Source of the DNA: Pseudonocardiales bacterium
Lineage (GTDB): Bacteria > Actinomycetota > Actinomycetes > Mycobacteriales > QHCA01
Assembly (NCBI GenBank): GCA_040003795.1
Contig: JBDUBV010000003.1
Location: 1-42,429 of the forward strand
Reading direction: 5' to 3'
DNA: 42,429 bases
Part shown: positions 9,498 through 18,992 of the stretch, piece by piece
How positions within the stretch are numbered: position 1 is the stretch's first letter
Layout of the letters: every line of letters begins with the position of its first letter
The notes under the pieces: model-generated
The model's database searches: none
Seen by the model: only the letters and a program-made list of their open reading frames with translations
Told to the model about the DNA's origin: nothing
Position numbers and translations under genes: made by a program

Positions 9498-11630
9498 ATG
9501 GCAGCACTGGACCGCGACAAGGCCCTCGACCTCGCGCTCGCCCAGATCGACAAGTCCTTCGGCCGCGGCTCGGTCATGCGGTTGGGCGACCGGCCGCAGA
9601 TCCCCGTCTCGGTGATCCCGACCGGCTCGATCGCCCTCGACGTGGCACTCGGAATCGGTGGCCTGCCCCGCGGCAGGGTCATCGAGATCTACGGTCCCGA
9701 GTCGTCCGGCAAGACCACGGTCGCACTGCACGCGGTTGCCAACGCACAGGCGGCCGGGGGCATCGCCGGCTTCATCGACGCCGAGCACGCACTCGATCCC
9801 GACTACGCCAAGGCCCTGGGCGTCGATACCGACGCCCTGTTGGTCTCCCAACCCGACACGGGCGAGCAGGCGCTGGAGATCACCGACATGCTGATCCGGT
9901 CGGGCGCGCTCGACATCGTCGTGATCGACTCCGTCGCGGCCCTCGTGCCCCGGGCGGAGATCGAGGGCGAGATGGGCGACAGCCACGTTGGGCTGCAGGC
10001 CCGCCTGATGAGCCAGGCGCTGCGCAAGATCACCGGCGCGATCAGCAACACCAACACGACCTGCATCTTCATCAACCAGTTGCGGGAAAAGATCGGCGTC
10101 TTCTTCGGCTGCCTGTCCTATGGCACCAAGGTCACCCTGGCTGACGGCACCCAGGAGAAGATCGGCAAGATCGTCAACCAGCGGCTTCCCGTCGAGGTGA
10201 TGTCCTACGACCCCGAGCTCGGCAGGATCGTGCCGAAGCGAGTGGTCAACTGGTTCGACAACGGCATCACCGATGAGTTCCTGCAGATCACTGTCGCGCG
10301 GCCCGGCGGCAACGGCAGGGCGCAGCTGGGTCTCACCAGCAACCATCAGGTGCGCACCCCGGGGGGCTGGCGAGAGGCGGGCGAGCTCATCGTCGGAGAT
10401 CGCGTCATGCTGTCGCAGCTTCATCGGCTGAGCCCCGTGCAATGGGAGATGGTTCTCGGCGGGCTGATGGGCGCTGCCGCGCTCTCGCCGAGCCGCCGTG
10501 AGGGCAGCCTCGGCACTCGGTTCCGGATGGGCCACGGTGTCCAGCGGGTGGACTATCTCGACTGGAAGGCGTCGATGTTCGCCAACATCGGCCAGACCCG
10601 CTCCTCCGATGACACCGGTGCGGCATTCGTCGATCTCACCCGGTTGCCCGAGCTGGCTGAGCTGCGGGAGGCGGTCTACCTCGGTGACGGCAAGAAGCAC
10701 CTGTCCTGGGACTACTTCAAGGCGCTGACCCCACTCGCCTTGGCCGTCTGGTACATGGACGACGCGTGCTTCACCCTCCGCTCCGAGGGACTGCAAGCAC
10801 GGACAGTGGGGGGCAGCGGCCGGGCCGAGGTGTGCGTCGACGCGATGAGCCCCGGGTCGCGGGATCGGCTCGTGCAGCATCTTCGCGACGCCTATGGGCT
10901 GACCTGCAAGCTGGTGGTCCGCGGCGCTGCGGCGCAACACCTCCTGCAGTTCACCACCGCGGCGACCGCACGGCTCCAGGAGCTCGTTGCGCCCTACGTG
11001 CACCCGTCGATGGACTACAAGCTGCTGCCCCGGTTCCGTGGGCGCTTCGCTGTCGAGCCGTCGTTCGTCGAGCCGACCCCGCTGCCGGTGCCGGCCAGAG
11101 TGATGGATGTGCGCGTCAAGCCGCCGACCCGGTCCATGCACCGGTTCGACCTCGAGGTGGAGGGCTCTCACAACTACCTCGCCGACGGCATCGTCGTGCA
11201 CAACAGCCCGGAGACGACGACCGGTGGCAAGGCGCTGAAGTTCTACGCCTCGGTGCGACTCGACGTGCGGCGTATCGAGACGCTCAAGGACGGCGGTGAG
11301 GCGGTGGGCAACCGCACCCGGGTCAAGGTCGTCAAGAACAAGATGTCCGCGCCGTTCAAGCAGGCCGAGTTCGACATCGTCTACGGGCAGGGGATCAGTC
11401 GTGAGGGTTCCCTGATAGACGTGGGGGTCGAGCAGGGTCTCGTCCGCAAGTCCGGTGCGTGGTTCACCTACGAGGGGGACCAGCTCGGCCAGGGCAAGGA
11501 GAACGCCCGGGCGTTCCTGCGCGACAATCCGGATCTGGCCAACGAGATCGAGAAGAAGATCAAGGAACGGCTGGGCATCGTGCCATCGCTCGACAACGAC
11601 GTGCCGGTGCCGCCCCCGGTCGACTTCTGA
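9498..11630 (+). CDS. recA: recombinase RecA precursor containing an intein (710 aa; about 345 aa after splicing)
   Basis: [38 protein letters not shown] and [20 protein letters not shown] motifs. Confidence 0.99.
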   Translation: MAALDRDKALDLALAQIDKSFGRGSVMRLGDRPQIPVSVIPTGSIALDVALGIGGLPRGRVIEIYGPESSGKTTVALHAVANAQAAGGIAGFIDAEHALDPDYAKALGVDTDALLVSQPDTGEQALEITDMLIRSGALDIVVIDSVAALVPRAEIEGEMGDSHVGLQARLMSQALRKITGAISNTNTTCIFINQLREKIGVFFGCLSYGTKVTLADGTQEKIGKIVNQRLPVEVMSYDPELGRIVPKRVVNWFDNGITDEFLQITVARPGGNGRAQLGLTSNHQVRTPGGWREAGELIVGDRVMLSQLHRLSPVQWEMVLGGLMGAAALSPSRREGSLGTRFRMGHGVQRVDYLDWKASMFANIGQTRSSDDTGAAFVDLTRLPELAELREAVYLGDGKKHLSWDYFKALTPLALAVWYMDDACFTLRSEGLQARTVGGSGRAEVCVDAMSPGSRDRLVQHLRDAYGLTCKLVVRGAAAQHLLQFTTAATARLQELVAPYVHPSMDYKLLPRFRGRFAVEPSFVEPTPLPVPARVMDVRVKPPTRSMHRFDLEVEGSHNYLADGIVVHNSPETTTGGKALKFYASVRLDVRRIETLKDGGEAVGNRTRVKVVKNKMSAPFKQAEFDIVYGQGISREGSLIDVGVEQGLVRKSGAWFTYEGDQLGQGKENARAFLRDNPDLANEIEKKIKERLGIVPSLDNDVPVPPPVDF
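10110..11204 (+). mobile_element. intein with LAGLIDADG-type endonuclease domain at the RecA G|S site (M. leprae-type site)
   Basis: VFFG|CLSYGT ... TSNHQV (block B) ... [12 protein letters not shown]|SPETT; 365 codons; internal VLGGLMGAA and LAVWYMDDA blocks. Confidence 0.95.
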
Positions 11631-11632
11631 CC

Positions 11633-12223
11633 ATGACCCGCCGCCGGCGCGCCGCCGATGAGGCCGACATGCAGGAGGTCGGCCTGCCGAATCCCGAGTC
11701 GGCGGCCTCGGCAGCCAGGGCCATCTGCCTGCGGCTGCTGACAGCCCGACCGCGCACGCGGTCCGAGCTTGCGACGGCGCTGCGCAAGAGCGGTGTCCCG
11801 GACGGCTGTGCCGACGCGGTCCTCACCCGGTTCGCCGAAGTGGGCCTGATCGACGACGAGGCGTTCGCGGCGGCGTGGGTGAGTTCGCGGCACGCCGGCC
11901 GCGGCCTCGCCCGGCGGGCGCTGGCCGACGAGCTGCGCAGCCGCGGTGTGGCACCGGCCGTGGTGTCGACCGCCCTCGACCAGGTGGACGGAGACACCGA
12001 GATGGCGACCGCCCGGCACTTGGTCGACCGCAAGATGGCCGGCCTGCACGGGGTGCCGGCGCACGCCTGCCGGCGCCGCCTTGTCGGCATGCTGGCCCGC
12101 AAGGGTTACCCCACGGGTTTGGCTATGCGCGTCGTCCGCGACGCCCTCGCCCAGTCAGTGGCGGCCGGCCGGGTTGACGGCGCCGGGGACGTCGACGAGA
12201 CCGACACTCTCGCTGATGTCTAG
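11633..12223 (+). CDS. recX: regulatory protein RecX
   Basis: LRLLTARPRTRSEL, GLIDDEAFA, ELRSRGV and LARKGY motifs; 2 nt after the recA stop. Confidence 0.95.
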   Translation: MTRRRRAADEADMQEVGLPNPESAASAARAICLRLLTARPRTRSELATALRKSGVPDGCADAVLTRFAEVGLIDDEAFAAAWVSSRHAGRGLARRALADELRSRGVAPAVVSTALDQVDGDTEMATARHLVDRKMAGLHGVPAHACRRRLVGMLARKGYPTGLAMRVVRDALAQSVAAGRVDGAGDVDETDTLADV

Positions 12224-12499
12224 GCGCTGCTGAACAAGGGTTGGTGGTGGCGGGGCGCACCAGCGCTCAGAGCGCGAGATAGGTCAGACCCGAGGGTCGA
12301 CAACGGTGCCGCCCCGCCGACGCAGAGTTTGCAGTGCCCCGCTGGTTCCGTCAAGGCTCGGTCGCCACTGTCACTGGCTCCTAGGTGCGTGCCATGGCCC
12401 TTTGCCGCTGGTCCTCATGGGAGGACTCACGCACGCCGTTGCCGGACCACGATGTGCGTTCATCACCCGCTCGTCCTGACTCCCACAGCGGCGCCGCGC

Positions 12500-12528
12500 T
12501 TGACCCTCCACGGATGCCGTCATAACCT
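12500..12528 (+). promoter_or_regulatory. sigma70-type promoter upstream of the rny leader
   Basis: TTGACC-N17-TAACCT. Confidence 0.75.
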
Positions 12529-12534
12529 CGAATT

Positions 12535-12798
12535 ACTGAGGAGTAAAGCCCGCGACGGAGCGGGACGACATAGATCACATACGACAAAGCGCACCACCCG
12601 ACACTCGAACAGGCACCATCGCTCCCTGCAACATCACCAATCAGGCAGCCCGCCTGCCGCCCTTTCCCCCGGGTCTTCCGACGACCCGGCGCATCTGCCC
12701 CCCGGGGTTGCACTGTCGTCTTCGGGCTCTCCTCATGCGTAGCTCCGCGGCGCGCTCGGCCAACCTGGCGTGGCTGCGGCGACATGTGAGGAGGAGCC
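12535..12798 (+). ncRNA. candidate structured RNA (rny 5' leader or independent sRNA)
   Basis: Nested long-range pairings TGAGGAG/CTCCTCA, AGCCCG/CGGGCT, GACGACA/TGTCGTC and TGCAAC/GTTGCA, two internal hairpins, and an alternative anti-SD pairing; identified by eye. Confidence 0.55.
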
Positions 12799-14541
12799 GT
12801 GATTGCTCAGATCGGGTCCGTCGATCTCTTCCTGGGCCTGCTCGTCGCCATCGCCGTGCCACTGGCCGCTGCGCTCGGAGCCGCGCTCGTGATACGCCGG
12901 GTCCGAGTGCGCGAGGACCGTCCCGCCGAGCAGGCTGCCCCGCAGCCCCGGTTCGGGCCTGCCCCGCAGCCCCGGCTCGGGCCCGCCGATGAGCAAGTGG
13001 CCGGCGATGAGCAGGCGCTCGGGGCCGCCCGGCGCGACGCCGACGAGGTGGCCTCCGCCGCCCGGATGGAGGCACAGCGCCTCGAGGCACAGGCGCGCCA
13101 GGCCGCTGACGACATCGCCAGCGAGGCGCGCCGGCGCGCCGCCGATCTGGTCGAGAACGCCCGGCGCGACACTGAGCTCGCCGCCTCAAACTCCTTGCTC
13201 GAGGCACGCCGGCAGCACGAGCGCGAGACGGTCGAGGTGCGCGCCGATCTCGAGCGCCGCGATCACCGGCTGGCCGAGCGGGAGGAACGTCTCGACGCCG
13301 ACGTCAGCCGGATGGCGGCCCGCGACGCGGAGCTCACAGAGGTGGAGCACGCACTGGGCCGCCGCCAGGCCGAGCTCGGGCAGCTCGAGGACGAGCGGCG
13401 CCAGGAGCTCGAGCGGATTGCCGGGCTGTCCGCTGAGACGGCTCGCGCCGAGCTGGTGCGGGCTATAGAGACGGCGGCCAAGCGCGAGGCTGCCCTCCTG
13501 GTGCGTGACATCGAGGCGGACGCCCGCGAGACCGGTGAGAACCGGGCCCGCCACATCGTCGTCGACGCGATCCAGCGGGTCGCCAGCGAGCAAACCGCCG
13601 AGAGCGTGGTCAGCGTCCTGCACCTGCCCAGCGACGACATGAAGGGCCGCATCATCGGCCGTGAGGGGCGCAACATCCGCTCCTTCGAGCAGGTCACCGG
13701 CGTCAACCTGATCATCGATGACACTCCCGAGGCGGTCCTCCTCTCCTGCTTCGACCCGGTACGCCGTGAGGTCGGCCGGATCACCCTGGAGAAGCTGGTC
13801 CTCGACGGCCGGATCCATCCGCACCGGATCGAGGAGGTCCACGAACGCAGCAAGGAGGAAGTGGAGGCATTGTGCCTGCGGGCCGGCGAGGATGCCTTGG
13901 TCGAGGTCGGGGTCACCGACCTGCACCCCGAGCTGCTCGGCCACCTCGGTCACCTGAGGTACCGAACCTCGTACGGCCAGAACGTTCTCAAGCACCTCAT
14001 CGAGACCGCGCACATCGCCGGGCTGATGGCCGCCGAGCTGCGCATGAATCCCGCCGTCGTCAAGCGCGCCGCGTTCCTGCACGACGTCGGCAAGGCCCTG
14101 ACGCATGAGGCAGAGGGCAGCCACGCCCTGGTGGGTGCCGAGCTGGCGCGGCGCTGCGGCGAGAGCGAGGAAGTCGTGCACGCCATCGAGGCGCACCACA
14201 ACGAAGTGGCCCCGCAGACCATCGAGGCGGTGCTGACGCAGGCTGCTGACTCCTGCTCGGGCGGCCGTCCAGGTGCGCGTCGGGAGAGCCTGGAGACCTA
14301 TGTCAAGCGGCTGGAACGGATCGAGGAGATCGCGGGCAACAAGCCCGGTGTCGACCGGGTCTTCGCGATGCAGGCTGGTCGCGAGGTCCGGGTCATGGTG
14401 CTGCCCGACTCCGTCGACGACCTCGCGGCGCAGGTCCTCGCCCGCGACGTCGCCAAGCAGATCGAGGAGGAGCTGACCTATCCCGGCCAGATCCGGGTGA
14501 CGGTGGTGCGAGAGACCCGGGCGACCGAGGTCGCGCGGTAG
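12799..14541 (+). CDS. rny: ribonuclease Y
   Basis: N-terminal TM helix, coiled coil, KH domain (MKGRIIGREGRNIR), RTSYGQN, HD motif LHDVGK, AMQAGRE, LTYPGQI; SD GAGGAGG. Confidence 0.97.
   Translation: MIAQIGSVDLFLGLLVAIAVPLAAALGAALVIRRVRVREDRPAEQAAPQPRFGPAPQPRLGPADEQVAGDEQALGAARRDADEVASAARMEAQRLEAQARQAADDIASEARRRAADLVENARRDTELAASNSLLEARRQHERETVEVRADLERRDHRLAEREERLDADVSRMAARDAELTEVEHALGRRQAELGQLEDERRQELERIAGLSAETARAELVRAIETAAKREAALLVRDIEADARETGENRARHIVVDAIQRVASEQTAESVVSVLHLPSDDMKGRIIGREGRNIRSFEQVTGVNLIIDDTPEAVLLSCFDPVRREVGRITLEKLVLDGRIHPHRIEEVHERSKEEVEALCLRAGEDALVEVGVTDLHPELLGHLGHLRYRTSYGQNVLKHLIETAHIAGLMAAELRMNPAVVKRAAFLHDVGKALTHEAEGSHALVGAELARRCGESEEVVHAIEAHHNEVAPQTIEAVLTQAADSCSGGRPGARRESLETYVKRLERIEEIAGNKPGVDRVFAMQAGREVRVMVLPDSVDDLAAQVLARDVAKQIEEELTYPGQIRVTVVRETRATEVAR
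12937..12984 (+). repeat. 24-bp in-frame tandem duplication in rny (APQPRFGP/APQPRLGP)
   Basis: gccccgcagccccggttcgggcct followed by gccccgcagccccggctcgggccc, 22/24 identical. Confidence 0.85.
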
Positions 14542-14551
14542 GAGGGATCGG

Positions 14552-15394
14552 GTGCTTCACACAGTCGCGAGGGTTGCGGCCGGCGCTGCCGCTGTGTCGG
14601 CCGTGCTTACCGCCGGTGGGTGCCAAGGGCACGATCGACGTGCGTCGCCGTCATCGTCATCGAGCGCGCCGTCATCGAGCGTGTCGTCACTGCCGCCGAG
14701 CCCGACGTCCTCGCCGGTGCCGCTCGGCGCGGCCAGCGTCGACGGTTGCCGGCTGCCGCTCGGTGCGCACGTGGTGCTCGTCCCCACCGCCGATGGGCTT
14801 CGCCTGACCGGCATCGCACTCGGGGCGGGCACCCGTGGCGTGGCGCTGTTCCACTCCTCCGACGGCGACCTGTGTCAATGGGCGGAATACGCCTGGCGGC
14901 TGGCCGGTGTTGGGATGCAGGTCCTCGCCATCGACGCCAGGGGGCACGGATCCACCGTCGACCCCTCGTCGAGTGCTCCTACGTCACGCTACGACCTGGA
15001 CGGGGTGGCCGCGCTGACCTGGCTGCTCGGTCACGGCGTCGTCAAGGCAGGCCTGGCCGGTGCATCCATCGGCGGGACCCTGGCGCTGGCCACCGCTGAG
15101 CGCCCGGGTGCGCCCGTCGTGGCAGTGGCGAGCCTGTCCGGTCCGCAAAAGGACTTCGGCCGGCTCGACGCGTTCGCCGGCCGCGCCCGGCTGCCCTCCG
15201 CCGTGCTGTTGATCGTGGGCGGGCTGGACGGCACCTTCGCCAAGGACGCCGACGTGCTCGCCGCCAACATCCAGGGAGCCCGGCTCATCAAGGCCGACGC
15301 CGGCGAGCACGGCACCGCGTTGCTGCCCAAGGTGGTCGACGGCCTAGCCATCGAGGACTCGCTGACGGCGTTCTTCGTGCGGTCGCTGGCCTGA
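14552..15394 (+). CDS. secreted or lipoprotein alpha/beta-hydrolase
   Basis: Signal with AGGC, Ser/Pro linker, DARGHG, nucleophile elbow GASIG, C-terminal EHG. Confidence 0.8.
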   Translation: MLHTVARVAAGAAAVSAVLTAGGCQGHDRRASPSSSSSAPSSSVSSLPPSPTSSPVPLGAASVDGCRLPLGAHVVLVPTADGLRLTGIALGAGTRGVALFHSSDGDLCQWAEYAWRLAGVGMQVLAIDARGHGSTVDPSSSAPTSRYDLDGVAALTWLLGHGVVKAGLAGASIGGTLALATAERPGAPVVAVASLSGPQKDFGRLDAFAGRARLPSAVLLIVGGLDGTFAKDADVLAANIQGARLIKADAGEHGTALLPKVVDGLAIEDSLTAFFVRSLA

Positions 15395-15419
15395 TCGTCA
15401 TCTCGCTCCGCTCCGGCAA

Positions 15420-15770
15420 TTCGTTGAGCAGGGTGGCGGTGGAAGCGTTCGGTTTTGCCGTTGGTCCAGGGGGAGCCGGTTCGGTGAACCGGCGTTTGAG
15501 TTGCCAGGCTGAGCAGACCCTGCGGCAGTCGGTGCCGTGCCGGTTAGACCATCGCGTTAGCGGTGTGGACGCGTCCGACGCGCACGTCGTCGGCGGTGAA
15601 CCAGGCTGGGGCGCGGTGCAGGAAGGCGGCGCTGGTGTGGTCCTTCTCGTCGGGCAGAACCTCTGGATAGGCCAGGCGTGTGGTCGTCGATGGCGGTGTG
15701 GACATTCGCCACCCACCGCCGGCCGGGATGCGGCCGAGTCTCTTGATGTCCATGTGGATCATCGCTCGGG
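15420..15770 (-). mobile_element. IS481-family transposase remnant, catalytic (rve) part
   Basis: IHMDIKRLGRIP.GGGWR, TRLAY.EVLPDEK..T.A.FL.RA.AWF, V..VHTANA (TDN decayed) and PWTNGKTERF.RTLLNE across frameshifts. Confidence 0.85.
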
Positions 15771-15772
15771 CA

Positions 15773-16602
15773 CGGATGCTCGGATTCTTACAGGATGCCG
15801 AGGACGTCCTCCAGGACACGCTGCTGGCTGCCTGGCAAGGCCTCGCAGGGTTCGAAGGACGTGCGTCGATCCGCACCTGGCTTTACCGGATCGCCACCAG
15901 CCGGTGCCTCAACGCGTGTCGCGCCGCCAGCAGGCGCCCGGCCAAGGAGTGGGGCATGCTCAACGTCGAACCGCCCGAGCCGACCCGGCTCGGCGAAGTG
16001 CTCTGGCTCGAGCCGTACCCCGACACGCTCTTCGAGGGTGCGATCGACGTATCACCCGGGCCGCAAGCCCGCTACGAGCAGACCGAATCCATCTCCCCTG
16101 GCCTTCGTGACCGCCCTTCAACTCCTCCCGCATCGCCCACTCGCCGTCCTTATCTTCGCGCGACATCCTCGGATTTCACGCGAACGAGGTAGCCGACATG
16201 CTTGACTTGAGCCTCGACTCGGTCGACAGCGCCCTCAAACGGGCGCGCACCAGCCTGCTGTGCCGACGGCCGCCGGTCGCCGACCGCGAACGGCCTCCCG
16301 CCTCCGGATCACCGTCCGGGGATGCGATCGTGGCGGACTTCGTCGACGCATACGAGTCCGTCGATCTCGACGCGCTGGTGCGCTTGCTGACCGACGACGT
16401 CTTCTGTTCAATGCCACCGATGCCCTTCGAATACGAGGGCCGGCCGGCGTTCGGGGTGCATCTGCGCGCCCCCAACGGCATCGCCCACGGGGTCGGTCTC
16501 ATCGTCCTCACCCTCGCCGGCGACCAGATCTGCGCCATGAGCCGCTTCGAGAACGCCGTGCTCCCATGGTTCGGGCTACCGCGATCGCTCCCGAGCCGGT
16601 AG
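15773..16602 (+). pseudogene. ECF sigma factor remnant (SigG-like, C-terminal SnoaL-like domain)
   Basis: RMLG..QDAED.LQDTLLAAW, FEGRASIRTWLYRIAT, WLEPYPD, LAFVTALQLLP, SALKRAR, LLTDD..SMPP; 5'-truncated, frameshifted, apparent internal deletion. Confidence 0.85.
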
Positions 16603-16649
16603 CCAGCTTCCGAACGGCCGATCTGCGCCGCAGCGAAACACACACCGGC

Positions 16650-16990
16650 GGATGTGCCGGCTGCCACTGCCGGGCGGCCAGCACCCGCTTCTCCACCCTG
16701 TGCGAGGTGCGGTTCGGCCTCCCCTGCGGGCGGCTGGGACGTCGGCCAGCCCGGCTACGCCGGCCCCGGGTGAGGGCGCAGCCACGTGTAGACCGTGGCC
16801 CGCGAGACGCCCGGCTGCCCGGCGACGGAACAGGCGGCCAACCTGCCGCGACACGTTCAACGATGAGCTCGCGGGCGCACAGATTCCTACGAGCGTTAGG
16901 GTCAGCCAAGGACCTCGTGGGCGGGACGGATGTGAGGTACATCAAGTCGCCACGTCGCCAACCCGGGGCACATCAACCTCTCGGATGAGA
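16650..16990 (-). mobile_element. IS481-family transposase remnant, N-terminal HTH part and possible left end
   Basis: TTG at 16909 after GAGG; A..NAR....RELIVERVAAGWP, SRATVYTWLR, GLAD, PNRTSHRVEKRVLAAR across frames. Confidence 0.8.
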
Positions 16991-16991
16991 G

Positions 16992-17513
16992 CTAGCCGGC
17001 CCACTCCTCGCGCAGCAGGCCCATGACGACCGTGTCGACGTACGCGCCGTCGGCGAAGGCATGCCGGCGCAGCACGCCCTCCTTGACGAACCCGACCTTG
17101 CCGTAGGACGCGAGCGCCGCCGTGTTGGAGGCCAGTGTCTCCAGATGCAGCCGCCGCAGGTTGCGCGCCCGGAAGAGGAAGCCGACGAGCACCCGCAGGG
17201 CGTCCGTGCCGTAGCCGCGGCCGCGGGCCCCGGGGAGGAGGGCGATGCCCACCTCGGCGGCCTGGGCGAAGGTGTCCTCACCGAACATGCCGCAGCGGCC
17301 GACCGGTGCCCCCTCGGCCTCGACGACGAACTCCACGCCGTCGATCCCGGCCGTCGCCGGCACGTACCAGTCACGGAACGCCTCGAAGGTCAGGGGCTGG
17401 GGGGCGCGCCGGCTGCGGGCGGCCCAGGTGTCGAGGTCGGAGATGATGCGGTAGAGCGCCGGCAAATCATCGGGCTGGAACGGCCGCAACAGGACCTGCT
17501 TGCCGGGCAGCAT
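16992..17513 (-). CDS. GNAT acetyltransferase (RimJ/RimL-like)
   Basis: [32 protein letters not shown] motifs; TAGGCT-N7-ATG. Confidence 0.9.
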   Translation of the reverse strand: MLPGKQVLLRPFQPDDLPALYRIISDLDTWAARSRRAPQPLTFEAFRDWYVPATAGIDGVEFVVEAEGAPVGRCGMFGEDTFAQAAEVGIALLPGARGRGYGTDALRVLVGFLFRARNLRRLHLETLASNTAALASYGKVGFVKEGVLRRHAFADGAYVDTVVMGLLREEWAG

Positions 17514-17561
17514 GCGGCGGAGCCTATCCGCCGGCGGCCCCGCGTACGCTTCCGTATCGAG

Positions 17562-18992
17562 ATGCCTACCTACCAGGTGCGCACCCACGGGTGCCAGATG
17601 AACGTGCACGACTCCGAGCGGCTCAGTGGGCTGCTCGAGGCGGCCGGCTACGCGCGGGCGGCAGCAACCGACGAAGCACCAGACGTGGTGGTCTTCAACA
17701 CGTGTGCGGTGAGGGGGAACGCCGACAACCGGTTGTACGGCAATCTCGGCATGCTCGTTCCGATGAAGAAGCGCAACCCCGCCATGCAGATCGCGGTCGG
17801 GGGCTGTCTCGCGCAGAAGGACCGCGGTGAGATCCTCCGTCGAGCGCCCTGGGTCGACGTGGTGTTCGGCACCCACAACATCGGCTCCCTGCCGGTGCTG
17901 CTGGAGCGGGCCCGGCACAACGCCGAGGCGCAGATGGAGATCCTTGAGTCCCTCGAGGTGTTTCCCTCGACCCTGCCGGCCCGCCGGGAGTCTGCGTACT
18001 CCGGCTGGGTCTCGATCAGCGTGGGCTGCGACAACACCTGCAGCTTCTGCATCGTGCCCTCGCTGCGCGGCGGCGAGCGCGACCGTGACCCGGCCGACGT
18101 CCTGGCCGAGGTGCACGCACTCGGCGACGACGGGGTGCTGGAAGTGACCCTGCTCGGGCAGAACGTCAACTCCTACGGCCGCTCCTTCGGCGACCGCGGG
18201 GCGTTCGGCAAGCTGTTGCGCGCGTGCGGGACGGTGGAGGGCGTGGAGCGAGTGCGCTTCACCAGCCCCCACCCCCGCGACTTCACCGACGACGTGATCA
18301 TCGCCATGGCCGAGACCGCCAACGTCTGCCACTCGCTGCACATGCCGATGCAGTCGGGCTCCGACGTGGTGCTCAAGGCGATGCGCCGCTCCTACCGGCA
18401 GGAGCGCTACCTCGCCATCCTCGACCGGGTACGCGCCGCCATGCCGGACGCGGCGATCACCACCGACATCATCGTGGGATTCCCCGGGGAGACCGAGGTC
18501 GACTTCCAGGCGACCCTGGACGTGGTGCGCCAGGCGCGGTTCGCCGGCGCCTTCACCTTTCAGTACTCGCAGCGGACCGGCACCCCGGCTGCGTCGATGG
18601 ACGGCCAGGTGCCCAAGCAGGTGGTCCAGGAACGCTACGAACGGCTGGTCGCACTGCAGGACGAGGTGTCCTGGGCGGAGAACGCGGAACTGCTGGGATC
18701 CACCCTCGAGGTCCTGGTGGCCGAGGGGGAAGGTCGCAAGGACGCGGCCACGCACCGGCTCTCGGGCCGGGCCCGCGACGGCCGGTTGGTGCACTTCGCG
18801 GGTAGGCAGGGCATCCGTCCCGGCGACCTGGTCGAGGCGAAGGTGACCTATGCAGCACCCCACCACCTGGTCGCGGACGGCGGCGTGCTGTCGCACCGCC
18901 GCACTCGGGCGGGGGACGCGTGGCAGAACGGCCGCGCGACCCGGGCGCCCGGCGTACTCCTTGGCATGCCGACCGTAGGCGCCCCTGCTTAA
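17562..18992 (+). CDS. miaB: tRNA-2-methylthio-N6-dimethylallyladenosine synthase
   Basis: [23 protein letters not shown], radical-SAM motif [22 protein letters not shown] domain. Confidence 0.97.
   Translation: MPTYQVRTHGCQMNVHDSERLSGLLEAAGYARAAATDEAPDVVVFNTCAVRGNADNRLYGNLGMLVPMKKRNPAMQIAVGGCLAQKDRGEILRRAPWVDVVFGTHNIGSLPVLLERARHNAEAQMEILESLEVFPSTLPARRESAYSGWVSISVGCDNTCSFCIVPSLRGGERDRDPADVLAEVHALGDDGVLEVTLLGQNVNSYGRSFGDRGAFGKLLRACGTVEGVERVRFTSPHPRDFTDDVIIAMAETANVCHSLHMPMQSGSDVVLKAMRRSYRQERYLAILDRVRAAMPDAAITTDIIVGFPGETEVDFQATLDVVRQARFAGAFTFQYSQRTGTPAASMDGQVPKQVVQERYERLVALQDEVSWAENAELLGSTLEVLVAEGEGRKDAATHRLSGRARDGRLVHFAGRQGIRPGDLVEAKVTYAAPHHLVADGGVLSHRRTRAGDAWQNGRATRAPGVLLGMPTVGAPA

Noticed and set aside
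9399-11201. Long antisense or alternate-frame ORFs (also 806-2545, 18920-20494, 23654-25396, 31130-32770, 38518-40026)
   Set aside because: Typical high-GC shadow ORFs over well-supported genes, with no recognisable motifs.
12605-12620. TCGAAC in the rny leader as an SOS box
   Set aside because: Half-site only; no GTTCG partner 4 nt downstream.
12660-12710. C-runs suggesting a 6C RNA
   Set aside because: The C-runs are not displayed in two hairpin loops as in 6C RNA.
17061-18896. Overlapping 634-aa and 643-aa ORFs suggesting GNAT or MiaB fusions
   Set aside because: They are mutual antisense read-through of two divergent genes; real starts are 17513 (-) and 17562 (+).
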